NCBI GenBank assembly: GCA_965203325.1
Contig: OZ241875.1
Location: 704,001-768,000, forward strand
Reading direction: 5' to 3'
Length of the DNA: 64,000 nucleotides
Source of the DNA: a bacterium
GTDB lineage: Bacteria; UBA8248
Made by a program: the position numbers and the translations under genes. The notes under the pieces were generated by a model. It did no database searches and was not told the DNA's origin. It was given only the letters and a program-made list of their open reading frames with translations. This document shows, in pieces, positions 20,420 through 28,538 of this stretch (position 1 is the stretch's first letter; the number at the start of each line of letters is the position of its first letter).

Positions 20420-21862
20420 ATGAGCGACCAACCTCCTGTCTTTTCCTCTGAAAAACTTATTCAAGATGAGAAAATCACTTTCGTTATAGACACCAATATC
20501 TTAATTGGGTTTGAGCCAATTGCTCAGATCGATTGGCGACTCCTCTGCCCGAATGCAAGATCAATAGGCATAGTAGTGCCGAATACGGTAGTCCGTGAGA
20601 TGGACGGACATAAGAAGAGTAATATTAATCGTAATCGTAAACGCGCCCTTGACTTCAACAAGTTCCTGAAAAAGATCGAAGATGGGAACGGTAAAGATAC
20701 TACATTGCAAAGCAATCACGTCGCTCTGCGCCTAATACTTATGCCGCTCTATGCGCAGAATAATCTCCCTCTAGAAAAGCTTTCGCTTGAAATCGCCGAT
20801 GATATAATCGTCGCTGAGACTCTGAAATTTACTCAGGATCATCCAGATGCCATTTTTCTTGCCGATGATAACAATGCACGCCGAACGGCGCGTGAGATGG
20901 GCATCAAGGTTGCACGTCCAGCAGAAGAGTGGCGGCGCAAAGAGCCAAGAGATTGGCGCGACGCTCGAATTGAGGAGCTGGAACGTCAACTCGGTGCAAT
21001 GCCAGAACTTTCGCTTGAGTTGCCCACGGGAGACGTCAATACGGTCATCTTTGAAATGCTTCACCCCAAAGCAATTCCCGACGCATTTTGCGACCGCGTA
21101 GCTAATTTGATCCTCGAAAGGAACCCGGGCTTTAGCCGGGACGAACTTATGGAGCGCCACAACTTGTCAGTTGTGCAAAAAAAACGCACATTTTCTGTTT
21201 CTGATTTTTTCTCCGTCTCGGTGAACGACATCGACAAATATTGTAACGACTACCAGGAATTCAAAGAACGAGTCATCTCATGGTCGAAACGGCTGCCTGA
21301 GTTACTGAATCAAATCGATTTTGTTGCGCCAATACAACTAGAGATTGCCAACGAAGGTCACGCTTTTGCGGAGCATGTTGAGGTGACCGTTTCAGCTTCT
21401 ACGGGATACCGTTTCATCTCTGATGATTTCGTCCGTTCCTATCTCGAACTCAGGCACAAGCCGCCGGATCCGCCGTCGAGAGTTAGAAGCATTTCACATA
21501 TCCCGAATTTCTTTGAGCAGCAACGGCTTCACCAAAAAGACCCGTCCAGATTTTATTTGCATGATAAACCCGGCAAGAATCGAGTGGTATCTGATATTTC
21601 TTATGAATGCGAGCGCTTTCGGCATGGCGGTGTGGCTGTTCTTTCCAGTGCTTTGCTCCAGGAAAACAATGCGCCGTCAGGTGGATTATTGACTGTTCGG
21701 GCGTCCAGCGCCACTTTAGCCGACCCGGTCGAAGTTAACTGTCCGATAAGAGTAGAACAGGGGCAACGGTCGAAGAACTTCAAAGAATATCTTTGGAGTC
21801 GACTATTTTTCTTTCCTGAAGAGGTACGCGATTCAATTTCGACAGCTCTTGAGGATTTTTGA
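20420..21862 (+). CDS. PIN-domain protein with long unknown C-terminal region
   Basis: FVIDTNILI, VPNTVVREMD, ADDIIV and LADDNN acidic PIN motifs. Confidence 0.85.
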   Translation: MSDQPPVFSSEKLIQDEKITFVIDTNILIGFEPIAQIDWRLLCPNARSIGIVVPNTVVREMDGHKKSNINRNRKRALDFNKFLKKIEDGNGKDTTLQSNHVALRLILMPLYAQNNLPLEKLSLEIADDIIVAETLKFTQDHPDAIFLADDNNARRTAREMGIKVARPAEEWRRKEPRDWRDARIEELERQLGAMPELSLELPTGDVNTVIFEMLHPKAIPDAFCDRVANLILERNPGFSRDELMERHNLSVVQKKRTFSVSDFFSVSVNDIDKYCNDYQEFKERVISWSKRLPELLNQIDFVAPIQLEIANEGHAFAEHVEVTVSASTGYRFISDDFVRSYLELRHKPPDPPSRVRSISHIPNFFEQQRLHQKDPSRFYLHDKPGKNRVVSDISYECERFRHGGVAVLSSALLQENNAPSGGLLTVRASSATLADPVEVNCPIRVEQGQRSKNFKEYLWSRLFFFPEEVRDSISTALEDF

Positions 21863-21961
21863 CGAACGCAGCAAGAGGTCACACCACCTCCAGTGTTTTG
21901 TCACTGACTCACGATCTTTGCCATCATTTCGAATCTTAGAATCTGGCTCAGAGAAGCCGAA

Positions 21962-22303
21962 TTACAAGCTGTCGCTCCCCGAATCCGCCCTCTCTTGTGA
22001 TTCATTTGCCGACTTGCCCGGCAATTCCGGCGCGACTTCGGAGATATTCCTGCTGATTTGTTGGATTTCTTTCTCCCGTCCGGCCTTCTCCATGTCGCGT
22101 ATTATTGCTTGTGCGACGAACATTGCGGATCGTAACAGATGAATTTCCGCCTCCGTACGGGGCCATTCGCGGCGATCCAGGGACTCCATGACGAGCTCGA
22201 CCACCAGTCGGTTAGGCGACATTTCGCGCTTTTCGGCCTCATTTTCAATTCGTTTCCACTGTTCGGGCGTGACCCTGATGTTCTTCTGTATCGTCTGAAC
22301 CAT
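21962..22303 (-). CDS. Ribbon-helix-helix DNA-binding protein, probable relaxosome accessory factor
   Basis: QKNIRVTPEQWKRIENEAEKREMSPNRLV strand-helix-helix pattern; adjacent to the oriT and transcribed away from it. Confidence 0.65.
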   Translation of the reverse strand: MVQTIQKNIRVTPEQWKRIENEAEKREMSPNRLVVELVMESLDRREWPRTEAEIHLLRSAMFVAQAIIRDMEKAGREKEIQQISRNISEVAPELPGKSANESQERADSGSDSL

Positions 22304-22685
22304 CCGTTTCGCCGCTCCTGTCGTGAAGATTTCATCCGTTCCGGTCGCAAAACGACCGCAAAAATTCTCATTTCTTGCACCAAACACACCCACTTCGTGT
22401 CCCCAAATGATATCCGTGACGCCGTTTCACAAACTACCAAAATGGTATCCTTCATAGCGCAGCGCACCCCTGACGCGTATGCTCATAGCATACGCGCAGG
22501 AAATCCCCGTGTTACAACGTATTACCGCCGCATTGCATATGGCATGCGCGATCTTTCAAGTGCCTGGATTTCAACAGGATACGCGGAATACCAAATTGGT
22601 ATCACCTTGCCCAGTGTAAAGGAGGCAGGATTTGGCGTCGTTTGAGCAAGGCGCTGCATGACAGGCGCACGCCTGGTTTGCACCA

Positions 22686-22712
22686 GCAGCACGCTGCGTG
22701 GGGTGTACAACC
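22686..22712 (+). other. oriT / nic site of MOBF (F-plasmid) type; predicted nick 22706/22707
   Basis: GCAGC-AC-GCTGC hairpin running into TGCGTGGGGTGT (22695-22706), identical to the core of the F nic site. A further hairpin lies at 22474-22496. Confidence 0.75.
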
Positions 22713-22987
22713 CGAAGCGCCTAAGGGCGGCTAGCGGCGGATTCCTGGGAACGAACGACAGGGGAATTTTCGCCGGAGAGAATGGCGAGCGGGAGCCGCC
22801 GCGGCGATTGAGCGGACAGAGCGAGTGGCAAGAGGGAGTGAGGGTGTCGGAGCTTGCGCCTGGATTTACAAGCGGCGGACGCACGGGGCGCTGCAACTTG
22901 CGCTTTTCATCACAAGCAGACGAACGACACGGGAAGCAACGGGCCGCGCCGCCGGGCGACGACGACGCGACCCGAGGAGTGTTCGCA

Positions 22988-23947
22988 TCAGGCGGCCACG
23001 CGTTGCACGGTGATGCCGAGCGCTCTGGCCTTGTCGACGAGGTTGTCGGTGATGCCCGAGCCGGGGAACGCGATCACGCCCTTGGGGAGGAGGGAGAGCA
23101 GCTCGTCGTTGCGCCGGAAGGGAGCGGCCCGGCCGTGTGCATCCCAGTCGGGCTTGCAGACGATCTGGTGGACGCCGTTCCGCTCGGCCCAGCCGGCTGC
23201 AATCTTCTCGGCGCCGGGGCCGCCGCCGTGGACGAGGACGACGTCGGCGTACTTGGCCTTGACCTTGTCGAGATGCGCGATGATTTTGCCCGCGTCGTTC
23301 GCCTCCTTGCCTCCCGCGACGGCGACGAGGGTTCCCTGGGGGAGGTGGGCGGTGTTCTCGCGGTCCTTTTTCGCGCGCTGGAAGTCACGCGCCTCGATCA
23401 CCGCCGATGTGAGCTTGCCGGTCTGCGAGACGTGCGATCCTCGCCGGGGCCGCCATACCTCGCCGGTCTCGACGCGGTAGGCCTCTGCGGCCGTGTCGCG
23501 CAGTCCTTCGAACGCGTCGCGGCGGGCGGTGAGATTCTCGGCCCGGTCGGTGGCGAGTTCGAGTTCGCGGGAGCGGATCTCGGAGCCGTCCTGTTCGCGC
23601 TGCAGTTCACGGATGCCGGGGATGAGCTTGTCGGCGGCGCGGTCGAGCCGCTGTGTCTGGGCGTCGAGGGTGTTGACGAAGCCCCACAGGAGACTCGCCC
23701 GCTCGTCGGCCAGTTGCGTGCCGTCGGGCGCGGCCTCGGCGAGCAGGTGGAATGCCTTGAGGACGGCGGCGGTGGACTCCGCTTCGCCCCACACGGGGCG
23801 GTTGTCGAACTCGTCAGGGCCGGGGGTCGCGCCGAAGAGGGCGGCCTGTTCGCAGACCATGGCGGTGAAGGATTCGTTCTGCGCTTCGATGTTGTCAACC
23901 TCGTGCATGATGCTCTCCTTGTGGTCGTGTGTCGCGGTGGCAGTCAT
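22988..23947 (-). CDS. DUF2493 / YspA-like SLOG-domain protein
   Basis: VAVAGG..LVHGGGPGAEKIAAGWA..AAPFRRNDELL..IAFPGSGIT. Confidence 0.85.
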   Translation of the reverse strand: MTATATHDHKESIMHEVDNIEAQNESFTAMVCEQAALFGATPGPDEFDNRPVWGEAESTAAVLKAFHLLAEAAPDGTQLADERASLLWGFVNTLDAQTQRLDRAADKLIPGIRELQREQDGSEIRSRELELATDRAENLTARRDAFEGLRDTAAEAYRVETGEVWRPRRGSHVSQTGKLTSAVIEARDFQRAKKDRENTAHLPQGTLVAVAGGKEANDAGKIIAHLDKVKAKYADVVLVHGGGPGAEKIAAGWAERNGVHQIVCKPDWDAHGRAAPFRRNDELLSLLPKGVIAFPGSGITDNLVDKARALGITVQRVAA

Positions 23948-23977
23948 CGTTCACTCCTTTCAGTGGTTGGGTTGTCC

Positions 23978-24352
23978 TCAAGCGAGGGGATGGTTGAATT
24001 CGGGAAGAGCGTAGCCACGCTCGTTGCGCCCCACTTCTTTCGGCATCTCGTCGAGATACCTGGCGGCCCACTCGGCGGCGCGCGCGAGTACGTCGCCGTG
24101 GCACGGGAGGGGATGGCAGTGGCAGCCGAGCTTGCAGCCTTGCAGGTCGGCGAGTTCGTAGAGGTCCTGCTCTTCGCGCCGGATTCTTTCCCACAGCCAT
24201 CGCCGGTATTTCTCGATGACCTCGCTGCGGGAGCCGTCCTGGCCGATGCGGAAGGGGTTTCCCCACTTGGTCATGCGGTCGATCCTGACCAGCAATCCGC
24301 CGCCGAATTGAGGCGCAACATAGTCGTTCAAGTTCACCACGGTGGTTTCCAT
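23978..24352 (-). CDS. DUF4326 family protein
   Basis: RIDRMTKWGNPF..SRSEVIEKYRRWL..LGCHCHPLPCHGDVL; GGAG RBS. Confidence 0.88.
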   Translation of the reverse strand: METTVVNLNDYVAPQFGGGLLVRIDRMTKWGNPFRIGQDGSRSEVIEKYRRWLWERIRREEQDLYELADLQGCKLGCHCHPLPCHGDVLARAAEWAARYLDEMPKEVGRNERGYALPEFNHPLA

Positions 24353-24388
24353 GCCTTTCTCCTTTCCAGAGAGTTAACGGATTCGCTT

Positions 24389-24577
24389 CTTAGCGCCCCA
24401 TTTTCAGCACGTGGTAGGCGTGGGCGTCAGGGGCGGTTTTCAGTCTTTTTTCACCCGGAGGGCGCGCAGCGGAAAAAATCCACGCTTCACCGATTTTTTC
24501 TGAAAAAAGATGCTTTTGCGTTTTTTGCAAAAGCACCCTTGACCCCGCGCCGTGCGTGCTAAAATGGGAGCGCTAAG
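24389..24577 (+). promoter_or_regulatory. Frpo/ssi-like single-stranded-DNA promoter hairpin
   Basis: Long imperfect inverted repeat (CTTAGCGC..CCATTTT..AGCACG / CGTGCTAAAATGG..GCGCTAAG). The 3' arm carries TTGACC (24539) and TAAAAT (24560). Lies immediately upstream of the DUF4326 gene. Confidence 0.7.
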
Positions 24578-24916
24578 AGAGAGAGGGTAGTACCGCCACC
24601 GGGACACAAGAGCTTTTGGTGTTTCACGATGAAGGCGAAGCTCATCGGGAAACAGTCTCTCATGCTGCGGAAAGGGTCATTTCGGGCCGTTTTTTCCGGC
24701 CCGAAATTCCCGCAGCGGGGGGTGGACTGAGCCACTATCCAGAACATGGAATGAGTGCAGGTGCATGCCGGTTTTCCGGGAACATGGTTCATCGTTCACG
24801 GAACCGGAGGATTTACCGGGTGTTCCCGGTAGACGAGAGAGCAGGCAGGGCGGACTTCCTCTGGATAAGGAGCATAAGAAAAGGGCTGACGCCGAAGCGC
24901 CAGCCCCTTGAAGCGC

Positions 24917-25369
24917 TCAAAATGGAATTTCTTCGCCCACAACGCCGGCGGGCACCGCCACGTCCGCCGTCTCGGGGTGCGCGCCGTTGCCGTTACCGTT
25001 GCCATTGCCGTTCCCGTTCACCTTGTCGAGGAACTGCACGCGCCCGCCCGGCGCGATGAGGATCTCGGTCGAGAACCGGTCCGAGTCTTCCCCGTCCTTC
25101 TTCCAGCGCCTGGTCTGGAGCTTGCCCGCGACGTAGATCAGGCGGCCCTTCTTCGCGTGCTTCTCGAACATATCCACCAGGCCGGGCTGGAAGGTCACGA
25201 CCCGGTGCCACTCGGTCTTGTCCACCCGCTCGCCGCTCTGCTTGTCGACGTAGCCCTCGTCGGTCGCGATCGAGAGGTTCGCCACGCGCCCCCCGCTCGT
25301 GAGGTGGTTGACGGTGACGTCGGCGCCGAGACGCCCGATCAGTTCCGCTCTGTTGAGTCCGAATGCCAT
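24917..25369 (-). CDS. ssb: Single-stranded DNA-binding protein
   Basis: LNRAELIGRLGAD, KTEWHRVV, GKLQTRRW, C-terminal EEIPF; AAGGAG RBS. Confidence 0.95.
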   Translation of the reverse strand: MAFGLNRAELIGRLGADVTVNHLTSGGRVANLSIATDEGYVDKQSGERVDKTEWHRVVTFQPGLVDMFEKHAKKGRLIYVAGKLQTRRWKKDGEDSDRFSTEILIAPGGRVQFLDKVNGNGNGNGNGNGAHPETADVAVPAGVVGEEIPF

Positions 25370-25445
25370 GATGATTCTCCTTCGTGGTGTGGATGATGAA
25401 GTGGAAGGGGCCGGGAAGCCTCTCTCCCCGATCCCCCGATCTGTC

Positions 25446-25577
25446 CTATTCCCTCCTGAACTCCTCCTCGCCCCCCGCCTCGTCGCGAATCTTGCGGATC
25501 GTGTACGCGTCGAGTCCGAGTTCTGCGAGCAGTTCGTCCGTGGTGGGAACATCGACGTCGAAGTCGTTCTCGTACAT
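25446..25577 (-). CDS. Small acidic protein (43 aa), not in the ORF track
   Basis: AGGAGG RBS, then MYENDFDVDVPTTDELLAELGLDAYTIRKIRDEAGGEEEFRRE*; directly upstream of ssb. Confidence 0.6.
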   Translation of the reverse strand: MYENDFDVDVPTTDELLAELGLDAYTIRKIRDEAGGEEEFRRE

Positions 25578-26338
25578 GGCCAAGCCTCCTGTCAGGGTTG
25601 TCGCCGGCGGCGGGAGCGGGAGACCGTCTCCCTCTCCCCTGCCGGGCCTTTGCCCGGCTCCCCGCTTCGCTCCACCTCTCCCCCGCGGAGGTTCAAGTCC
25701 GGTGAGGACCGCCAGCGGACCTTGAGCGGCCTCCGTCCCGACCGGGTAGCTCCGGAGAGAGACGGGAGCGGAAGCCCACCCGGGCCGGCGCGCGGTACGG
25801 GGTTCGGATGAGATGAGGGATGGGCGAACGGAGACGTATCGAGTGGGGTGGGGTTCGGGGCGGCGACGTTCCTGTCACCGCCGGTGAGGTTTATCGTCGG
25901 TGATCTAGTGCCGCAGACCGGGGTGTCGGCGTTGATGCTGCCGGGGCAGGGTTGCCGGGTTAGCTCCGCGCCGCCTGGCGGGTCGGGATTATGCTCGGCG
26001 CCTTCGTCACCGATGGCGGGACTGCTCTGCCGGGTTGCGCCCGCCCCGTGTGGTCGTATCCGGACTCGCGGCCAGACCCCCCGCCCGCCGTCCTGCGCGG
26101 CGCGCCCGGGTCCGGTTGGCGGCACAGCGGGGTGGCCTTCCCCCCGCTTCCGGCGAGGGCGAGAAGGAACCCGGAGGGTTTCGGGACGGCGATACGTATC
26201 CGACGGGCGGCGGCGGCGAGGCTGGGCGGCGACCCCCCGGCGGCAGGCCGGCTGCGCAGCAGGGCGACGCTATTCCTGCGCCGCCCCCCCGCCAGACGTA
26301 TACAGGCCGGCGGCACGTGCAGGCGCGGCCGCCGAGAC

Positions 26339-27148
26339 TCACTCCCAGGCAGCAAGGCTGGACATGATGGGCTCATCCACCACGACCTCGACCTGATCCC
26401 GAGAGAGCTTGGCGAAGGCGAGGCACATGGCGACCTCCTCCCAGGAGTCGAGGGGGCCGTGCTCCTCGCCCGTGGCTAGTTCGACCACGGTGAAGCGCGG
26501 CGGATAGACGGGCATCCCCTTGTGCTCTCCCGATGAGTGATACGATCGGCGCGCGCAGGGAGTACATCTCACCCCTGCGTCCGCATGGGCGCCGCAGTCG
26601 ACGCAAAGCGACCGTGCCCGCCTGTCGCGATAGCGCTTCCTGCTGGCGGTGTTCTTGCGCGGACGGCGCTTTACGTCCCTTGCGGCGCACGAAGCGCACG
26701 TCGAAGCCTCATCGACGACTTCCGCACCACACCGACCGCATCGCCCCCCGGCGCGTCTTTTGGCGTAGAGTTTCCTCTCCGCCGCCCGCCGCGATTCCCG
26801 GCAGGGTTCGCAGACGGCGCCAGCCTCGACGGGCTCGCGTCCGCAGCGCGGGCACAAGCCGGCCTCCACCCGCTCGCGCCTGCGCTTCCTCGCCCTCTCG
26901 CGCGCCATGCGGCGGCGGCTCTCGGGGTCGCGTCCGCCATATGGGGCTCCCCCCGCTCGGGCTTCGGCGTATCGGGCGCGTCGGGTCTCCCGGTCCCTCT
27001 CTCCGCATGGCTCGCACAGACTGCGCCCGGGCGCGGGAGGAATCTTTCCGCACCGGGGACACATGCCCCGCGCGAGGCGGTCGGCGGTGCGTTTGCGGTG
27101 GCGCTCGCGCTCATAAGCGCGTCGTCTTTCCGGGTTCTTGTGAGGCAT
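26339..27148 (-). CDS. Basic protein with four CxxC..CxxC zinc-finger-like repeats
   Basis: GAGGA RBS before MPHKNPERRR; repeats CPRCG..CEPC, CPRCG..CEPC, CGRCG..CASC, CVDCG..CTPC. Confidence 0.75.
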   Translation of the reverse strand: MPHKNPERRRAYERERHRKRTADRLARGMCPRCGKIPPAPGRSLCEPCGERDRETRRARYAEARAGGAPYGGRDPESRRRMARERARKRRRERVEAGLCPRCGREPVEAGAVCEPCRESRRAAERKLYAKRRAGGRCGRCGAEVVDEASTCASCAARDVKRRPRKNTASRKRYRDRRARSLCVDCGAHADAGVRCTPCARRSYHSSGEHKGMPVYPPRFTVVELATGEEHGPLDSWEEVAMCLAFAKLSRDQVEVVVDEPIMSSLAAWE

Positions 27149-27239
27149 GGGATTTTCCTCATGCGTTGGAGAAGTCGTACAGACGGCGCCGGGCCGGCGA
27201 GACGTCTTGCGGGCGGAAGTCCTCCCGGGTGGGACTTCC

Positions 27240-27536
27240 TCACCGGGTGAGCATCCGGGCCCACACGAGGTGCTCGCCCCAGAGCTGCAGCCCGCTGCCG
27301 GGGACCCGGAGCCCCGTGCAGACGATGAGTTCGTCCCGCGCGGGCCGCATCTCGCGTACGGCTTTCCGCGAGGCCGTAGCTCTCTTCGTCTTGCGCCTCC
27401 CGCTCTCCCTGTCGGGCACGGGCCTGATGTCGCCATCGGCGGACTTGTAGCGTTTCACTTCGTAGCGTTCGTCCGCCAGGCCGCGGGTGAAGAGATGGGT
27501 GAGGAAAGTACTCGCTTCGGGTCCGGGTTTTCGCAT
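27240..27536 (-). CDS. Hypothetical protein
   Basis: 98-aa ORF with AAGGAGG RBS, co-oriented with neighbours. Confidence 0.45.
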   Translation of the reverse strand: MRKPGPEASTFLTHLFTRGLADERYEVKRYKSADGDIRPVPDRESGRRKTKRATASRKAVREMRPARDELIVCTGLRVPGSGLQLWGEHLVWARMLTR

Positions 27537-27724
27537 CGCGCGCCTCCTTGGGTGGGTGGATGATGGCGGCGGAGGCGAGCCTCGAACGCGAGAAGACTCC
27601 CTCCCGGCTCCCCTCCGCCGCCCCCTCCCGGTCGGACTCGGCCTCCCGGTGGCGCAGAGCCACCCTCAGCGGGAAAGACGGCGGTCCGTTCGTTCAGGGT
27701 GGTCTTCGTTCGGCCCGGGGGCTT

Positions 27725-28066
27725 CTACGGGAAGGGGATGTCCGGGTCCTGGCCGAACAGCTCCTGCTCCTCCAGCTCGCGGCGCCAGGCGTAGCGTCCC
27801 GTCCGGGCGGACCACTCGAAGTCCTCTTCCTTCCCGTCGGGCAGTTCGTAGCGATGGAAGGCGGACCAGTCCCCGTGGCGGAACCCCCGCCACAGGACGC
27901 AGGAGAGAGCCGTGAGGAGGCACCAGAGAGCCGCACAGGCCCAGACGGCCCACAGGGGGCGGAGGCCGATACCTGCCGCGAGAGACAGGATTGTGGCGAG
28001 GAGTGCCAGAGCGGGTCCCGCGAAGACGAGGGCACGGGTGTATCGGGATGGTTTTCGGTTACTCAT
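27725..28066 (-). CDS. Small membrane protein (2 TM)
   Basis: GGAGG RBS, two hydrophobic segments, acidic tail. Confidence 0.6.
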   Translation of the reverse strand: MSNRKPSRYTRALVFAGPALALLATILSLAAGIGLRPLWAVWACAALWCLLTALSCVLWRGFRHGDWSAFHRYELPDGKEEDFEWSARTGRYAWRRELEEQELFGQDPDIPFP

Positions 28067-28538
28067 GAGTCGCGCCTCCGGGATTGTGAGAAAGGGGATC
28101 GCGGGCGCCGCCCGGCCTCTCCGGCCCCGGCTCCCGCGCCCCCTGACGGCCCGGCTCGGCCTCTTCGAGGCGCGGGGCCTGGGTGAGGCGCGCCGCGGAA
28201 AATTTTTTTGTCATATCCCTGCGCAGCCGGTCGCATGCGTGACCGCGCATGGCGCGCAGGCGTTGGCAATACGCTATCGAAAACTCTTGCAGACGAGTTG
28301 TTTTTGCTTTATTTACGCTCTGCATGCGGGCGATGGACGCCCCCGCCCGCATGACGCCGGAGGATCGATCAGGGCGAAAGGTTCGAACGCGAAGGAGAGA
28401 CGCATATGAACGGGAACGGCGGGAACGATCAGGACGCACGGGAGCGCCGCCGCGTGAGCGGCGAGGCGGGAGAAGGCGTGGAAACAGAAGCGCCCGGACA
28501 CGCGGGTCCGCAAGTCTACCACCTGAGGAGCTGTTGAT

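Noticed and set aside
28200..28300. Hairpin and R388-like GCGTATTG (minus strand) upstream of the relaxase as oriT
   Set aside because: Only an 8-bp match. The 12-bp F-type core at 22695, with its hairpin, RHH neighbour and consistent leading-gene orientation, fits better.
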